DNA of 64,000 nucleotides, from the IMG/VR virus record IMGVR_UViG_3300024054_000362, positions 124,001 to 188,000 of that record. One strand, 5' to 3'. Each line of letters starts with the position of its first letter. Within the stretch, counting starts at the first letter, position 1. The notes under the pieces were generated by a model. It was given only the letters and a program-made list of their open reading frames with translations, made no database searches and was not told where the DNA came from. Positions 28,517-38,520 of the stretch are shown one piece after another. A program made the position numbers and the translations under genes.

Positions 28517-28944
28517 GACCACAAGGTGGTGGCAAAGAGGCCGAGACGACTCCCTACCGTAAGGTGAAGTTGATCGGCCACCCGTTAGCACACGCCGATG
28601 GCGTGGTTTACCTCCATCGGCTCAACCTGTGGAACAAGATCGGCGCCGGTATCCACCCTTGTCATTGGTGTGGAACCGCCGTCGTGTGGAACGGTGACTA
28701 CAAGGAGCGCTTGGTCACGGACCATCTCGATGGAGATGGTTGGAACAACGTTCCGAGCAACTTAGTTCCGTCATGCATCGGTTGCAATGTTGCACGATTG
28801 ATGCGTGCGTCGTCTGCGTGCGAGAACGGCCATCCTTGGACTGAGAAGAGCACGTACATTCGTACCGATGGGGGTCGTATGTGCCGTCTTTGTGCACGCG
28901 TTCGAGACGCGCGTCGTCGAGCGCGCAGAAAGCTGGCAACGTGA
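28513..28944 (+). CDS. HNH endonuclease with C-terminal zinc domain
   Basis: CHWCG...DHLDGDGWNNVPSNLVPSCIGCN; CENGH...MCRLC. Confidence 0.85.
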   Translation: MRPQGGGKEAETTPYRKVKLIGHPLAHADGVVYLHRLNLWNKIGAGIHPCHWCGTAVVWNGDYKERLVTDHLDGDGWNNVPSNLVPSCIGCNVARLMRASSACENGHPWTEKSTYIRTDGGRMCRLCARVRDARRRARRKLAT

Positions 28945-29690
28945 AGTTGCGCAAGCCATGTGAGTCGTGTCCTTGGCGCGTCGACGCACCGAGAGCGCAC
29001 TGGGATCCGACGCACTTCGAGGAGATCTGGCGCAACTGTCAAGACGACGGCATGAACATGATGCTGTGCCACAAGGCGAACAAGATGCCGGAGGGGGCAC
29101 CATCGACAGAGAAGCCAATCTGCCAAGGCTGGATTCGTGTGATGGGGTTCGATGCGATCGGCGTTCGTCTTGCTGCCATGGGTGGTCGCGTGACGCTCGC
29201 CGAGGTCGAAGACAAGACGTCCGTCGAACTGTTCCCGACGTTCGCGGCGATGCTCGAAGCGAATCGCATCGCCCCGCCGCGTCGCAATCGTTGGGGCAAC
29301 GACATCGTCGATGCACTCCAGAACCGTTGGGTGCATCGACGACAGTACACCCGCGAAGAAACCCCCGAGGAAGATCTTCCCGTGAAGAACAAGACGAAGA
29401 ACAGCCAGCCGATCGACATCCAGACCGGATCGCGTTGGAAGCATCGGAAGAACAAGCGCGTGGCGACGGTCGTCTCCGGCTTCCGACCGGAACCGTCGAT
29501 GTTGCTCTACGAACTGGACAGCCGTCGAGCGTCTCGTGACGACGGCGACGACGCGTACGAGGAGCTGGCGAAGACGGCGCGCGAGCTTCGTCAGCAGATC
29601 CTCTACAAGTGCATCAAGAAAACCGGCCGACATGTAGCAACGTGCTCGATCACCGTCGAGAAGTTCCTTCAAACGTTTACGCCGGCCTGA
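28941..29690 (+). CDS. DUF6283-like Cys-motif protein with C-terminal extension
   Basis: PCESCPWR...MLCH...ICQGW. Confidence 0.65.
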   Translation: MKLRKPCESCPWRVDAPRAHWDPTHFEEIWRNCQDDGMNMMLCHKANKMPEGAPSTEKPICQGWIRVMGFDAIGVRLAAMGGRVTLAEVEDKTSVELFPTFAAMLEANRIAPPRRNRWGNDIVDALQNRWVHRRQYTREETPEEDLPVKNKTKNSQPIDIQTGSRWKHRKNKRVATVVSGFRPEPSMLLYELDSRRASRDDGDDAYEELAKTARELRQQILYKCIKKTGRHVATCSITVEKFLQTFTPA

Positions 29691-29692
29691 CC

Positions 29693-29887
29693 ATGCATCG
29701 CATCGGTCAAGTTGCACATCTTGCCTTCATCGACATCGACCGCGAGTCGCTTCGGCGCGGCGGTACGACTCGGTTCGCGACTTGTTGTTGCGGCTGGCGA
29801 GGTCCGTCGCGCGCGACGTTGGAGCTTGCCACCGACGATGCTTTGCAGCATGAAGGCTCCGACATGTGGATCACTTCCAAGCCGTAG
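29693..29887 (+). CDS. hypothetical protein
   Basis: ATCCCGWRG motif typical of small phage Zn proteins. Confidence 0.45.
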   Translation: MHRIGQVAHLAFIDIDRESLRRGGTTRFATCCCGWRGPSRATLELATDDALQHEGSDMWITSKP

Positions 29888-29897
29888 AAAGGGAACC

Positions 29898-30425
29898 ATG
29901 GGCGCGCACATCGTTGGTGGACAGTTTCAGAGTGACAAGTACCCGACCTGCCCGCCGGGCAAGGTCCCGCTGAGCGTCAAGGACAAGACGGCGCAAGATC
30001 TTCTTTGGGAGTACTCACACCGTCGTCGGTCCGTCGATCCGGAATTCTCCGACGATCTCCAGACGGCGCTTCTCGCGGCGGGCTACAAACCACCGACGAA
30101 CGAGAGCGTACTTGCGACGGCGGTTCGCGCCGTCCTCAAGGAGTGGGACGAGGGGACGTTGAGCAAGGGTGCTTTCGAGCACCGCATGCGCGAGACGATC
30201 AGTCACTTCGCGCGCGTGTACTTCCACAAGGACGGCGATCTGGATAAGCTCGTCCTCGTCGCTAAGCTCGCCTACAAGTTCAAGCGCGGCATGCAGGCGT
30301 TCTTCATCGGCGGCAAAGGTGTCACGCCGTTCTGGGAGGCGATCGAGAACCTCCCCAGCAGCCTTCTCAACGAGGCGTTCCGCGAGATTCAGGAAGCCGA
30401 AGCATCGAAAGAGAACGTGCCGTGA
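29898..30425 (+). CDS. conserved phage hypothetical protein
   Basis: MGAHIVGGQFQSDKYPTCPPGKVPLSVKD...AQDLLWEY. Confidence 0.65.
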   Translation: MGAHIVGGQFQSDKYPTCPPGKVPLSVKDKTAQDLLWEYSHRRRSVDPEFSDDLQTALLAAGYKPPTNESVLATAVRAVLKEWDEGTLSKGAFEHRMRETISHFARVYFHKDGDLDKLVLVAKLAYKFKRGMQAFFIGGKGVTPFWEAIENLPSSLLNEAFREIQEAEASKENVP

Positions 30426-30619
30426 AGCGTCGACGCACCAGCTGGGCGAACGAACTGCCGTACTACGTCATCACCAAGGGCGGCAAGATCATGCGAATCC
30501 CGTACGAAGAATTCAAGCCGATCGACCCGACGCGGCCGTTCCACACGTACGACTACGCGACTGTGGAGAAGCTCATGCTGGAGAGACTTCGAGGAGGAAA
30601 GATCAATGGCGGTACGTGA
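30422..30619 (+). CDS. hypothetical protein
   Basis: GTGA overlap. Confidence 0.55.
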   Translation: MKRRRTSWANELPYYVITKGGKIMRIPYEEFKPIDPTRPFHTYDYATVEKLMLERLRGGKINGGT

Positions 30620-30986
30620 AGACCAGGCGGTTACCATGACCGCGAAGGCGCCGATGCGTCTCGACGACAAGTTCCACGCTCTCACACGGTTCGTGACGCG
30701 CTGGTGGCCGTTGACGGCGACCGAACGCCGGCACGGGCACGCGCGGGACAAGGCCATGAAGCTTCGCGCCGACGAGCTAATGGCGGCCGTCTGCAGTCGC
30801 GCGGTCTTCGTCGAGACCGTTCCCGACGAGTGCCAGAGCATCTGGTCGTTCGTCGTCTGTGCTGGCCCCAACAAGGGTCGCACCGCGCTCATGGTCGTGT
30901 CGTTCGACGGGACCGTTCGAACGGTGCTACCGCCGGACACGCGTCGGCCGACGCGCTACCGACCGAAGAAAGCCAAGTCGAAGTGA
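30606..30986 (+). CDS. hypothetical protein
   Basis: GAGGAGG RBS. Confidence 0.55.
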   Translation: MAVREDQAVTMTAKAPMRLDDKFHALTRFVTRWWPLTATERRHGHARDKAMKLRADELMAAVCSRAVFVETVPDECQSIWSFVVCAGPNKGRTALMVVSFDGTVRTVLPPDTRRPTRYRPKKAKSK

Positions 30987-31171
30987 TGACCCTGGCGATC
31001 GGATGGGTCGTGCTGCACAGCGCGATCTGGACTTCGCGACGTCTTCGTCGCCGGCATGGCCACGAGCCGCGACTCTGGCCGGTTCGCGTTCGCGACGTTC
31101 CGACTGGGGTCGTCCGCCACGAACTGTGGAAGTACGACGACAAGCTTCAAAGAGAGGTTCCGCGATGCTGA
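30986..31171 (+). CDS. small hypothetical protein
   Basis: TGATG overlap. Confidence 0.4.
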   Translation: MTLAIGWVVLHSAIWTSRRLRRRHGHEPRLWPVRVRDVPTGVVRHELWKYDDKLQREVPRC

Positions 31172-31635
31172 TCGAGCGCAAGTACACGTTGGAGCGCGAC
31201 GACGAGAACGGCTACTGGATGCTGCTCCACGACGGCGTCGGGATGGCCAAAAGCAAGTCGCGGAACGTGCTCAAGCGAATACGCGATGCACTCGAAGCCG
31301 TTGAGGGCGGTGGCGTCTACGGCCTTACCGTGGAGGCGGCATACGATCACAGACGCGGCGTCGTGCTCGCGTTGCAAGGCGCCCACCTCATCGTTCGTAC
31401 GTCGACCGGCCAGCTCGAAGACTGGAACGCGACCGGTTGTCACGTCGTCGAGCCTGCACGTCCCGACAAAGCCACGCCGTGGAACGATCCCGCGATCGGG
31501 GTGCTGTCTGCTGTTGCCCTGCTCAAACGTTGCCTCGCGTATGGCATCAGCACGCAACACGCCGAGGGCCAGGAAATCGTCGATGACGTGCGAGCGTTTC
31601 TGAAGGCCCGCGAGGACGCGCAACCCGTACCATGA
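31165..31635 (+). CDS. hypothetical protein
   Basis: GAGG RBS; coding-like composition. Confidence 0.55.
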   Translation: MLIERKYTLERDDENGYWMLLHDGVGMAKSKSRNVLKRIRDALEAVEGGGVYGLTVEAAYDHRRGVVLALQGAHLIVRTSTGQLEDWNATGCHVVEPARPDKATPWNDPAIGVLSAVALLKRCLAYGISTQHAEGQEIVDDVRAFLKAREDAQPVP

Positions 31636-32039
31636 AAGACCCGATGTCCGAAGCTGCCACGAGAGTCACGCAGAAGATCAAGCCGGCGAAGTCTCGCGAC
31701 TCCGCTGCGAACCTGTCGACGGCGCAACACCCGCCGCAGCTCACGTTCGAACAGCTGACCGATGTCGTCAGTGAGGCGGCGGGTTACAGCAACGGCGCCG
31801 ACATCACGTTCGTGGCGTCGAGATCGTTGCCTCGCACGGTTCGTGCGACGGTGACGATCCACGGCACCACGACTGTTCTGGCGGCGGGAGGAACCGATCA
31901 TCGACAAGCGCTCATCGCGCTGTTGACGGTCATCGAGAAACACCATCGGGACTCGCTCCAGTGGCACAAGGAGCGCTGCACAGGGGCGCGTGCGCTGCTC
32001 GACAGGTACGGGCTCTTCTACCAGAAGAGCAACCTGTGA
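31632..32039 (+). CDS. hypothetical protein
   Basis: ATGA overlap. Confidence 0.55.
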   Translation: MKDPMSEAATRVTQKIKPAKSRDSAANLSTAQHPPQLTFEQLTDVVSEAAGYSNGADITFVASRSLPRTVRATVTIHGTTTVLAAGGTDHRQALIALLTVIEKHHRDSLQWHKERCTGARALLDRYGLFYQKSNL

Positions 32040-32239
32040 GCACCGAAGAGACTCCAGACGGATGGGTGTTCTACACGCAGGCGAGCCGACTGATCCATCA
32101 GTATGGCCGCGACGGCGCGCTCAAGGCCGTCAAGAAGAACGTCAAGAAGGCCGTTAGCGAAGCTCAGGAAGATTTCTGGATCGCCGTCGGTGATCTGATC
32201 GAAGAGACCTGTACCCGAACCAGCGAGGAGCTTGCATGA
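32036..32239 (+). CDS. hypothetical protein
   Basis: GTGA overlap. Confidence 0.55.
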   Translation: MSTEETPDGWVFYTQASRLIHQYGRDGALKAVKKNVKKAVSEAQEDFWIAVGDLIEETCTRTSEELA

Positions 32240-32940
32240 CCGAACCGAAGAAGACCGAACTGATCGTCGCACTCGACGTTTCCTCCTACAACGAAGCCGT
32301 CGACCTCGTCACCGATCTCGCCAGGATGCAGGAACCTCGCGTCACATGGTTCAAGGTCGGCTTGGAGCTGTTCATCGCTGACGGCGATCGCATCGTTCGG
32401 ACGCTCAAGAACATCGACCACAAGATCATGCTGGATCTCAAGCTGCACGACATCCCGGAGACGGTCGCGCGGGCGACCAAGAAAGCCGTGGAGCGCGGCG
32501 TGGACATGCTGACCGTTCACGCAGCGGGCGGTCCCGAGATGATGGAAGCAGCCGTCAAAGGTGCCAACAACAAGGCTACGATCCTCGCCGTGACGGTTCT
32601 GACGTCGCTCGACGAGGAGCGCCTCCGACAGCTCGGCATCAACATGACTCCGCGCGAGTGGGCGTTCCGCCTCGCGAACTTTGCGAGCCTGTCGGGCGTT
32701 CCTGGCCTCGTCTGTTCGGCGCATGAAGCTGCCGAACTTCACGACTTCTTCCCGAGCATGTTGCTCGTAACGCCAGGGATTCGACCGACCGGTAGTGTTG
32801 TCGGCGACCAGAAGCGCGTCGCGACGCCAGCTGATGCGCGTGCGGCGGGCGCCGACTTCATCGTTGTCGGTCGGCCAATCCGCGACGCTCCTGATCGTGC
32901 TGCTGCTGCCAAGGCAATCATGGCAGAGTTGACAGGATGA
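32236..32940 (+). CDS. pyrF: orotidine-5'-phosphate decarboxylase
   Basis: LIVALD, FKVGLELF, LDLKLHDIPETV (DxKxxD), LAVTVLTS, VTPGIRP, GDQKRV, IVVGRPI. Confidence 0.97.
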   Translation: MTEPKKTELIVALDVSSYNEAVDLVTDLARMQEPRVTWFKVGLELFIADGDRIVRTLKNIDHKIMLDLKLHDIPETVARATKKAVERGVDMLTVHAAGGPEMMEAAVKGANNKATILAVTVLTSLDEERLRQLGINMTPREWAFRLANFASLSGVPGLVCSAHEAAELHDFFPSMLLVTPGIRPTGSVVGDQKRVATPADARAAGADFIVVGRPIRDAPDRAAAAKAIMAELTG

Positions 32941-33149
32941 ACTGGCACGTCATCAACGTATTTGGAGCCTTTGGACTGTGCCTACTCGCCTGGCTTCACT
33001 GTCGCCGTAACTACCGTGACCAGATCCGCGACCTGAAGGGCTGGCTCGAAACCGAGCGCGATCGTCGCATCGAGGCTGAAGAACGCGTCGATCGTCTCAC
33101 CGAAGCGCTCTACAAGCGTCAGCACAAACATATCAGCAAGTGGAACTGA
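32937..33149 (+). CDS. small TM + coiled-coil protein
   Basis: N-terminal hydrophobic helix, then a charged helix. Confidence 0.55.
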   Translation: MNWHVINVFGAFGLCLLAWLHCRRNYRDQIRDLKGWLETERDRRIEAEERVDRLTEALYKRQHKHISKWN

Positions 33150-33152
33150 ACT

Positions 33153-33410
33153 ATGACCGACGAAGACAATCAGACCGGCAACCGACCTGCACGCGAAGGC
33201 TTCCTGTTCGTGTGCGGCGCATGCGGCAAGACCAGCACATGGCGTTACGGTTTCGCGAGCATCGGACAGTTCAATCTTCTCAACCCGGAAACACCGGTCG
33301 TGACTTCGCCCGGCTGGGATGAGTCGTGCATGCTCAACGCGTCCGAAGTCGAGATCGAGCGGATCGTCTACGAGAACGGTCGTCTCATCGAGGTTCTACC
33401 CATCCAATGA
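33153..33410 (+). CDS. hypothetical zinc-ribbon protein
   Basis: FVCGACGKTS...WDESCMLN. Confidence 0.6.
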   Translation: MTDEDNQTGNRPAREGFLFVCGACGKTSTWRYGFASIGQFNLLNPETPVVTSPGWDESCMLNASEVEIERIVYENGRLIEVLPIQ

Positions 33411-33619
33411 GGGGAGGCATCGGTCGGCTAGGCGAGTCCTGCGGACGACGGCGCTGCAGCTGTCCACAGTGTTTCATCGCGGCTCGATGGCGCGGCTGCA
33501 TCCACACCGCCGAGAACATGCGCAACGACGGTGGTGACGCGGATCGACCGGGACACCCGCTACCGCTCGGACGCGAGAACCCGGGCTATGTCGCGCTTCT
33601 CAAAGCACTTGGTCGATGA
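33407..33619 (+). CDS. small Cys-rich hypothetical protein
   Basis: ATGA overlap; CSCPQC. Confidence 0.45.
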   Translation: MRGGIGRLGESCGRRRCSCPQCFIAARWRGCIHTAENMRNDGGDADRPGHPLPLGRENPGYVALLKALGR

Positions 33620-33629
33620 GGAGGATCTG

Positions 33630-34112
33630 ATGAGCAGCAAGTCGTACGAAGGCAAGATGTTGATCGTCACGCCGGACATGGACAAGGGTTGGATCGTCTT
33701 CGCAAACAAGCACGTGATGGACGATATCGACCAGCTGGGATCGCACGCGATCGACGACATCCTCGGGAAAGAGCAGCCGCCTGAGCCCGGCGTCTGGATC
33801 TGGGAGGGCAAGGTCGTTTGGTCGTCACACCAGAGCTTCGAAGGCGACTACGATTGTGACGTCGACTACCGCAACGGCACGTGGCGTCGGCCGACCGACG
33901 AAGAGACTGCCATGCTCGTACGTGGCGAGTCGCCATGGCCGATCCCGCCGGAGAAAGAACCTTGGATCGATCCGAACCACAAACCGGAGGCACGGAACAT
34001 GTGCATCTGCTGCAACTGCAACGGTCATCAAGTCCCTATCGGTGACCTGAACAACACCTGTCCGTTTTGCGGACAGACGCAAGCAGAGATCAACAAGCTG
34101 GAGGGACCATGA
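33630..34112 (+). CDS. hypothetical protein with C-terminal zinc ribbon
   Basis: GAGGAGG RBS; CICCNC...CPFCG. Confidence 0.6.
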   Translation: MSSKSYEGKMLIVTPDMDKGWIVFANKHVMDDIDQLGSHAIDDILGKEQPPEPGVWIWEGKVVWSSHQSFEGDYDCDVDYRNGTWRRPTDEETAMLVRGESPWPIPPEKEPWIDPNHKPEARNMCICCNCNGHQVPIGDLNNTCPFCGQTQAEINKLEGP

Positions 34113-34273
34113 TCTCCGGGTTCCATGCGACGGTCGCAGCGTTCGTCGCGTTCGCGATCGCCTTGTCGCTTTACGCCGTCGGAGAGCCGTTGCTGCTTGC
34201 GGGCGTGTGTTGGTTCACGCTCAGCTGGTTCATCAACGATCTCCTCGACGATCGACTGAAACAGTCGAAGTGA
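34109..34273 (+). CDS. small two-TM membrane protein
   Basis: Hydrophobic; ATGA overlap. Confidence 0.5.
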   Translation: MISGFHATVAAFVAFAIALSLYAVGEPLLLAGVCWFTLSWFINDLLDDRLKQSK

Positions 34274-34608
34274 TGCCTCCGACCCTGGCCTGCTATCTCT
34301 TGCGCGAAGACGGTGAGTGGTACGACCTCGGCAACGTCTACCTATGGCGATCAGCCTTCACGACGTTTCCTGGACCGGTAGACGGTTCTGTAGTGCTTCG
34401 CGGGGCCGAGGACACTCGCGTGCTCGGTCTTCGCCTCGACGGTTACGGTCACGACCAGGTCACATTGAACCGCATTGCGGCTGATATCGTTCGATGGGGT
34501 GATGGCAAGCGGATGCTCTTCGTGACTGAGTTGGACCCTGAAGTAGACCCCGACGTACGACCGTCGCCGATCATGGGCAGCGTGCGCGAAGCGCTCATGT
34601 CGTGCTAG
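34273..34608 (+). CDS. hypothetical protein
   Basis: TGATG overlap. Confidence 0.55.
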   Translation: MPPTLACYLLREDGEWYDLGNVYLWRSAFTTFPGPVDGSVVLRGAEDTRVLGLRLDGYGHDQVTLNRIAADIVRWGDGKRMLFVTELDPEVDPDVRPSPIMGSVREALMSC

Positions 34609-34745
34609 GTTCCGCAGCTTCATGCGGGAACTAGTTACTCCAGCGATCGCCACCGAAGCCGACCAGAACGAACTGGAGCTGCTCGTGCTCGAAATCGTCG
34701 AAGGTCAGCTCAACCGCGCACGGCTTGTGTATAGTCGAGAACAAG

Positions 34746-34997
34746 ATGATTGCCGCGATCGAGCTACCAGACAAGCTGTGCGTGATCCGTTGGGTAGGTC
34801 GTGAACGTCTTCACGTAGCCGTAGTAACCGTCTGTGGCACCAAAATGAACGTCGACAGAGGCGTAGTGCAAGTACCGGACTTCGTTCTCGATGGTCGGCC
34901 CGTCATGAGCTTCTCCGACTTCGACGGCCAGGGCCGTCGTCCGCTCAAGATCTGCGAAACCTGCAAGAACGCGATCGCGGCTGCGATCAAGGGCTGA
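34746..34997 (+). CDS. hypothetical protein
   Basis: VCGT...ICETC motifs. Confidence 0.5.
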   Translation: MIAAIELPDKLCVIRWVGRERLHVAVVTVCGTKMNVDRGVVQVPDFVLDGRPVMSFSDFDGQGRRPLKICETCKNAIAAAIKG

Positions 34998-35742
34998 CGC
35001 GCGGGTTCAGTAGTCGATCGCGCAGCGCCAGTTGCTTGGCGGCGCGAAGCGCTAGGGCGCTGATGCCGATGACGGCGACGAGGCCGAGTGTGCCGATGGC
35101 CAACTTGGTGTTGGGCGACATGCCTGCGATCGGTGTCGGGGTTGCGGTCGTCAGGACTGCGTTGGCGAGCTGAGGGCCTGCATTCGCGGCACCGGCCACG
35201 GTGAAATGAACGCCGTCGGAGGTGTGCTCAGCGTCGCGTGTCAGGTTGCGTGCATCGATCGTGTGATCGACACCGAAGACGTTTTGCATCACCTGCAACA
35301 GGGTCGGTGCCCCTTGCGTGTAATGGTCGTTTGTGTACGACGGTGGCCCGATCGCGAAGACCTCTGCTCCCATCGCGCGATACGCATCGCGGATCTTCGT
35401 CATCGCGTTCGTAGTTTGTGCAAGCGCGGCAGCCGTCAGGCCTTGATCGATATCGTTCGTACCGAGCATGACGATGACCTTGCTCGGACGAAACGTACGG
35501 TCGCTTGCGAGAAGGCCCGCGCTGTCTTCGTTTGAGAAGAAGCTCTGTGCCGAGCGACCGACGCGCGCATCGATGCGGACAGCTTGCGCGCCACCGTTGA
35601 GCAACTGCTGACCTACGATCTCGCCGGGCGCCGACGACGCCGTAACACGTTTGGCGAGATCGACGATCGTCGGGCCGCTATCGCTGCCTGGATGCGACAA
35701 GCTGTCGCCGAAGATGATGATGCGTTCACCGACGACGTTCAC
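34987..35742 (-). CDS. SGNH/GDSL hydrolase with C-terminal TM anchor
   Basis: FGDSL, LGTND, DGVHF blocks; LAIGTLGLVAVIGISALALRAAK tail; GGAGG RBS. Confidence 0.85.
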   Translation of the reverse strand: MNVVGERIIIFGDSLSHPGSDSGPTIVDLAKRVTASSAPGEIVGQQLLNGGAQAVRIDARVGRSAQSFFSNEDSAGLLASDRTFRPSKVIVMLGTNDIDQGLTAAALAQTTNAMTKIRDAYRAMGAEVFAIGPPSYTNDHYTQGAPTLLQVMQNVFGVDHTIDARNLTRDAEHTSDGVHFTVAGAANAGPQLANAVLTTATPTPIAGMSPNTKLAIGTLGLVAVIGISALALRAAKQLALRDRLLNPRVSP

Positions 35743-36694
35743 GGCGCCTCCCACGCAACACCGCCGTGGTGGCGAACTTTTTTGCGAGACGGATAGCACC
35801 GTAACCAAGGCCGACGAAGCCGCCTACGAGAAGGAGGCCCGCAAGAAACTGTCGACCGCTCGTTTGTGCGGGCTGCCCAGGTACGTTTGTGCAGATCGGC
35901 AGACTGGCGGACCAAACTGGACGCAGGCTTTGCGCAATGATGCCGTTGGCGTCGTAGACCGGATTGCCGAAGACCTTGCGAGCGCGTTCGATCAGTTGCT
36001 GACCTTCGAACGAATTTGCGTCCAAACCAAGCTTTCGAAACTGCGCCGTCTTCCAGTGATCGACACCGGGAATTGGCCCAACCCAGTAACTGCCGCCCGA
36101 CTGCGTGCAACCTGTCCGTTTTTTGCCGAATGCCTCACACAAAACTCGTTCCATCGGAACCGGGAAGAACGCGCGAAACTCAAGGCCGTCCTGATCGTCG
36201 GCGCCGAGGTTGATGTTCTCGCTCTTGCCGCTCATGACGAGATCGGCGAGTAGAGTTGTCAGAACGCTTGGATCGCGACTTGTTGCTGCGAAGCGGTTGC
36301 CGATGTTGCCGTGACCGGGAACGTTGATCTCGCCGTAGAGTTTGGACGGCTGTGTAAACAGGAGCAGGCCGTTGACGTCCGTCTTGCGGCGCGCGGCCTG
36401 GTTGACGGCGACCTCGCCGACGGCGACACGTTCTTCGACGGTGCCGTCACCGACCTCGCTGTGCATATAGCGCGCGAGCGTATACGTCAACAGTGTGAGC
36501 GGCTTGTCAGCAGGCCAGAAGCCAGATGCTTGGAGCTGTTTCTCCGCGCTCGCACGCATGGCTTCCGGGTCGCAGCGAATCTCTCCTAGCTCGTCGGTAC
36601 GACAGCCCGAATTCAGGATTCGAAGATCGGCGGGACCACCGCGCATCGGCGCGAACTTCGGGTGCCACGTCGGGTAGCAATCAAGCACGGCCAT
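35726..36694 (-). CDS. SleB/Hydrolase_2-like cell wall hydrolase with C-terminal TM and poly-Arg tail
   Basis: LARYMHSEVG...ERVAVGEVAVN; FLAGLLLVGGFVGLGYGAIRLAKK...RGRRRERRR. Confidence 0.65.
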   Translation of the reverse strand: MAVLDCYPTWHPKFAPMRGGPADLRILNSGCRTDELGEIRCDPEAMRASAEKQLQASGFWPADKPLTLLTYTLARYMHSEVGDGTVEERVAVGEVAVNQAARRKTDVNGLLLFTQPSKLYGEINVPGHGNIGNRFAATSRDPSVLTTLLADLVMSGKSENINLGADDQDGLEFRAFFPVPMERVLCEAFGKKRTGCTQSGGSYWVGPIPGVDHWKTAQFRKLGLDANSFEGQQLIERARKVFGNPVYDANGIIAQSLRPVWSASLPICTNVPGQPAQTSGRQFLAGLLLVGGFVGLGYGAIRLAKKFATTAVLRGRRRERRR

Positions 36695-37379
36695 AGCGCC
36701 TCCGTCGACCAAGCGTCATCGCGGCGCCTTTGGCGAAGCGCAGTGCGAGCCAGCTGAGTCCAACGAGTGTACCGAGCGCAGCGACGCCGACGAAGAAATC
36801 GCGTGTCGCGTGGCTTGTCTCTTGAACGGTGACCGCCGTCTGAGGACGATCGCGGAACAGCGGAATGCCGAGTGTCTTCGCGTTCGCGACCACCGATGCC
36901 GAATAACCGTCGACAGGGAGCCACGGCTCGGCGGGGATTCCAACGCCGAAACCGAAATCAGAGAAGAAGCCCGTCGACGGCTTGCCAACGGCCTGTACGA
37001 CAGCTGCGGTCAACGATTGCGGCACGAACAGATCGAAGTGGAGATGCGGTCCACCAGAGAGACCCGTCGAGCCTGAAAGGCCAATCTGTTGGCCCTTGGT
37101 GACCGCTTGACCTTGAGAGATCTGTGCTTGCGAAAGGTGCAGGTAGCGCGAGACGACGCCATCGGCGTGTGTGAGCGCGATGAAGATGCCAGCATCACTA
37201 GAGTCGGTTGGGACGACGCGCGTTGCAACGCCGTCAGCTGCAGCAAGGATCGGTGTCCCGACGGCCAACGGAATGTCAAGCGCGGGATGAAGTCCGGTCG
37301 CGCGCTGCGACCAACCGTCCAGCACTGTCAACGTGACGTTGCTGGGGGCGACGCGACCGAGATCGGGATCGAAAGCCAT
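36681..37379 (-). CDS. M23 family peptidase with C-terminal TM and LG-RRRR tail
   Basis: HPALD, YLHL, GSTGLSGGPHLHF; FFVGVAALGTLVGLSWLALRFAK...TLGRRRR. Confidence 0.9.
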   Translation of the reverse strand: MAFDPDLGRVAPSNVTLTVLDGWSQRATGLHPALDIPLAVGTPILAAADGVATRVVPTDSSDAGIFIALTHADGVVSRYLHLSQAQISQGQAVTKGQQIGLSGSTGLSGGPHLHFDLFVPQSLTAAVVQAVGKPSTGFFSDFGFGVGIPAEPWLPVDGYSASVVANAKTLGIPLFRDRPQTAVTVQETSHATRDFFVGVAALGTLVGLSWLALRFAKGAAMTLGRRRRYGRA

Positions 37380-37380
37380 T

Positions 37381-38019
37381 TCATGCTCGACGACGGAAGT
37401 ACTTGGGCGTGCGGTGGTTGCGACTGAAGCGACGGCGGCCGAATCCTGCCCGATGCTTGGGTTTGCCGAAACCTTGAGCAATCGCAATCGTCGGCGTGAT
37501 GATGGGGAACAAGGCTCCGAAGATACCCCAGACGATCGCCCAGCCCACGCTGTCGTTGCGTTTGTAGCCGTGATAGACGCTCGCCGCGAACGACGCCGTT
37601 GCGAGGACGCTCCAGATTATACGAACGGGCGTTGGTAGTCGCTTGAAGATCGTCGTGATACCGTTCGCCTTGGCAAGTGCCGCGTTGATCTGATTCGCCT
37701 GCGCGCCAAGCTTCACGGCACGCAGAGCGACATCAGAGCGATCACTGGCGTCGGGGATTGTCTGAAGAACCGCAACGGCTTGATCGAAGTTTTCAGTAGT
37801 CCCGAACTGTGTAATCAGGTCCAAAAGTCGTTTCGCGAGCGTATTCTTGTCGTCTTCGGTAAGCGCTCCTAAACCATTGAAGTGAACATCACCGTCGGGC
37901 GGCAGATCCCACGGGACTTTCTGAATGCTTCCGCCCCCGCCGGTGACGAAGACCGTCTCGTGCGGATGGACGGGGTAGAGGGTCTCGATACCAAGGGGCG
38001 TCGACACGGCGGCGAGCAT
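37381..38019 (-). CDS. putative virion membrane protein (two TM, Arg-rich tail)
   Basis: Internal NGLG; YHGYKRNDSVGWAIVW...AQGFG; AGFGRRRF tail. Confidence 0.7.
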   Translation of the reverse strand: MLAAVSTPLGIETLYPVHPHETVFVTGGGGSIQKVPWDLPPDGDVHFNGLGALTEDDKNTLAKRLLDLITQFGTTENFDQAVAVLQTIPDASDRSDVALRAVKLGAQANQINAALAKANGITTIFKRLPTPVRIIWSVLATASFAASVYHGYKRNDSVGWAIVWGIFGALFPIITPTIAIAQGFGKPKHRAGFGRRRFSRNHRTPKYFRRRA

Positions 38020-38086
38020 GTTGCCTCAATCCTACACCGGAAACAGCACCTTGATCGCGCGAACGATCGCGCAGTAAGGTCCCGCG

Positions 38087-38341
38087 ATGCCACGAGGTAA
38101 GAAGCCGGACACCGACGAAGCGTGGGGATTCTACGGCGGTCCGCCGCACGAAGAGGGACGTTCGGCGCGAGCGCTCGCCGAGCTGGTTCGCAACACGAAG
38201 CTACGCACGCTGCACGACATGTCCGAACGTGAGATCCGTGCGCTGGAACGCTTCTACGGCTGTCCTGTGATCAGACCGGCTAGACTGCCGAAATCGTCGC
38301 GTCAACGCAACCGCGCTGTCCTCGCGGCTCTCGTAGCTTGA
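38087..38341 (+). CDS. hypothetical basic protein
   Basis: TAAGGT lies 6 nt before the ATG; near-palindrome at 38053-38068. Confidence 0.5.
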   Translation: MPRGKKPDTDEAWGFYGGPPHEEGRSARALAELVRNTKLRTLHDMSEREIRALERFYGCPVIRPARLPKSSRQRNRAVLAALVA

Positions 38342-38520
38342 ACTAGACGCGGGCTGTCGCGTCGTAGCTCGCGGGCCATTGCGTGATCACCGCGTCGCTC
38401 GGCACCACGCGCGAGTGCTTCGATGACTCGTGCGTGGAGTCGATCGGCCGAGGGGCTCGGCAAACGCAGCTGCAAAAAGATCGTCGATCGTGGGGTCGGA
38501 CGGGACTGTTTGGGAGGCAT
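38302..38520 (-). CDS. possible small DNA-binding protein
   Basis: IFLQLRLP...helix pattern, RHH-like; weak. Confidence 0.35.
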   Translation of the reverse strand: MPPKQSRPTPRSTIFLQLRLPSPSADRLHARVIEALARGAERRGDHAMARELRRDSPRLVQATRAARTARLR

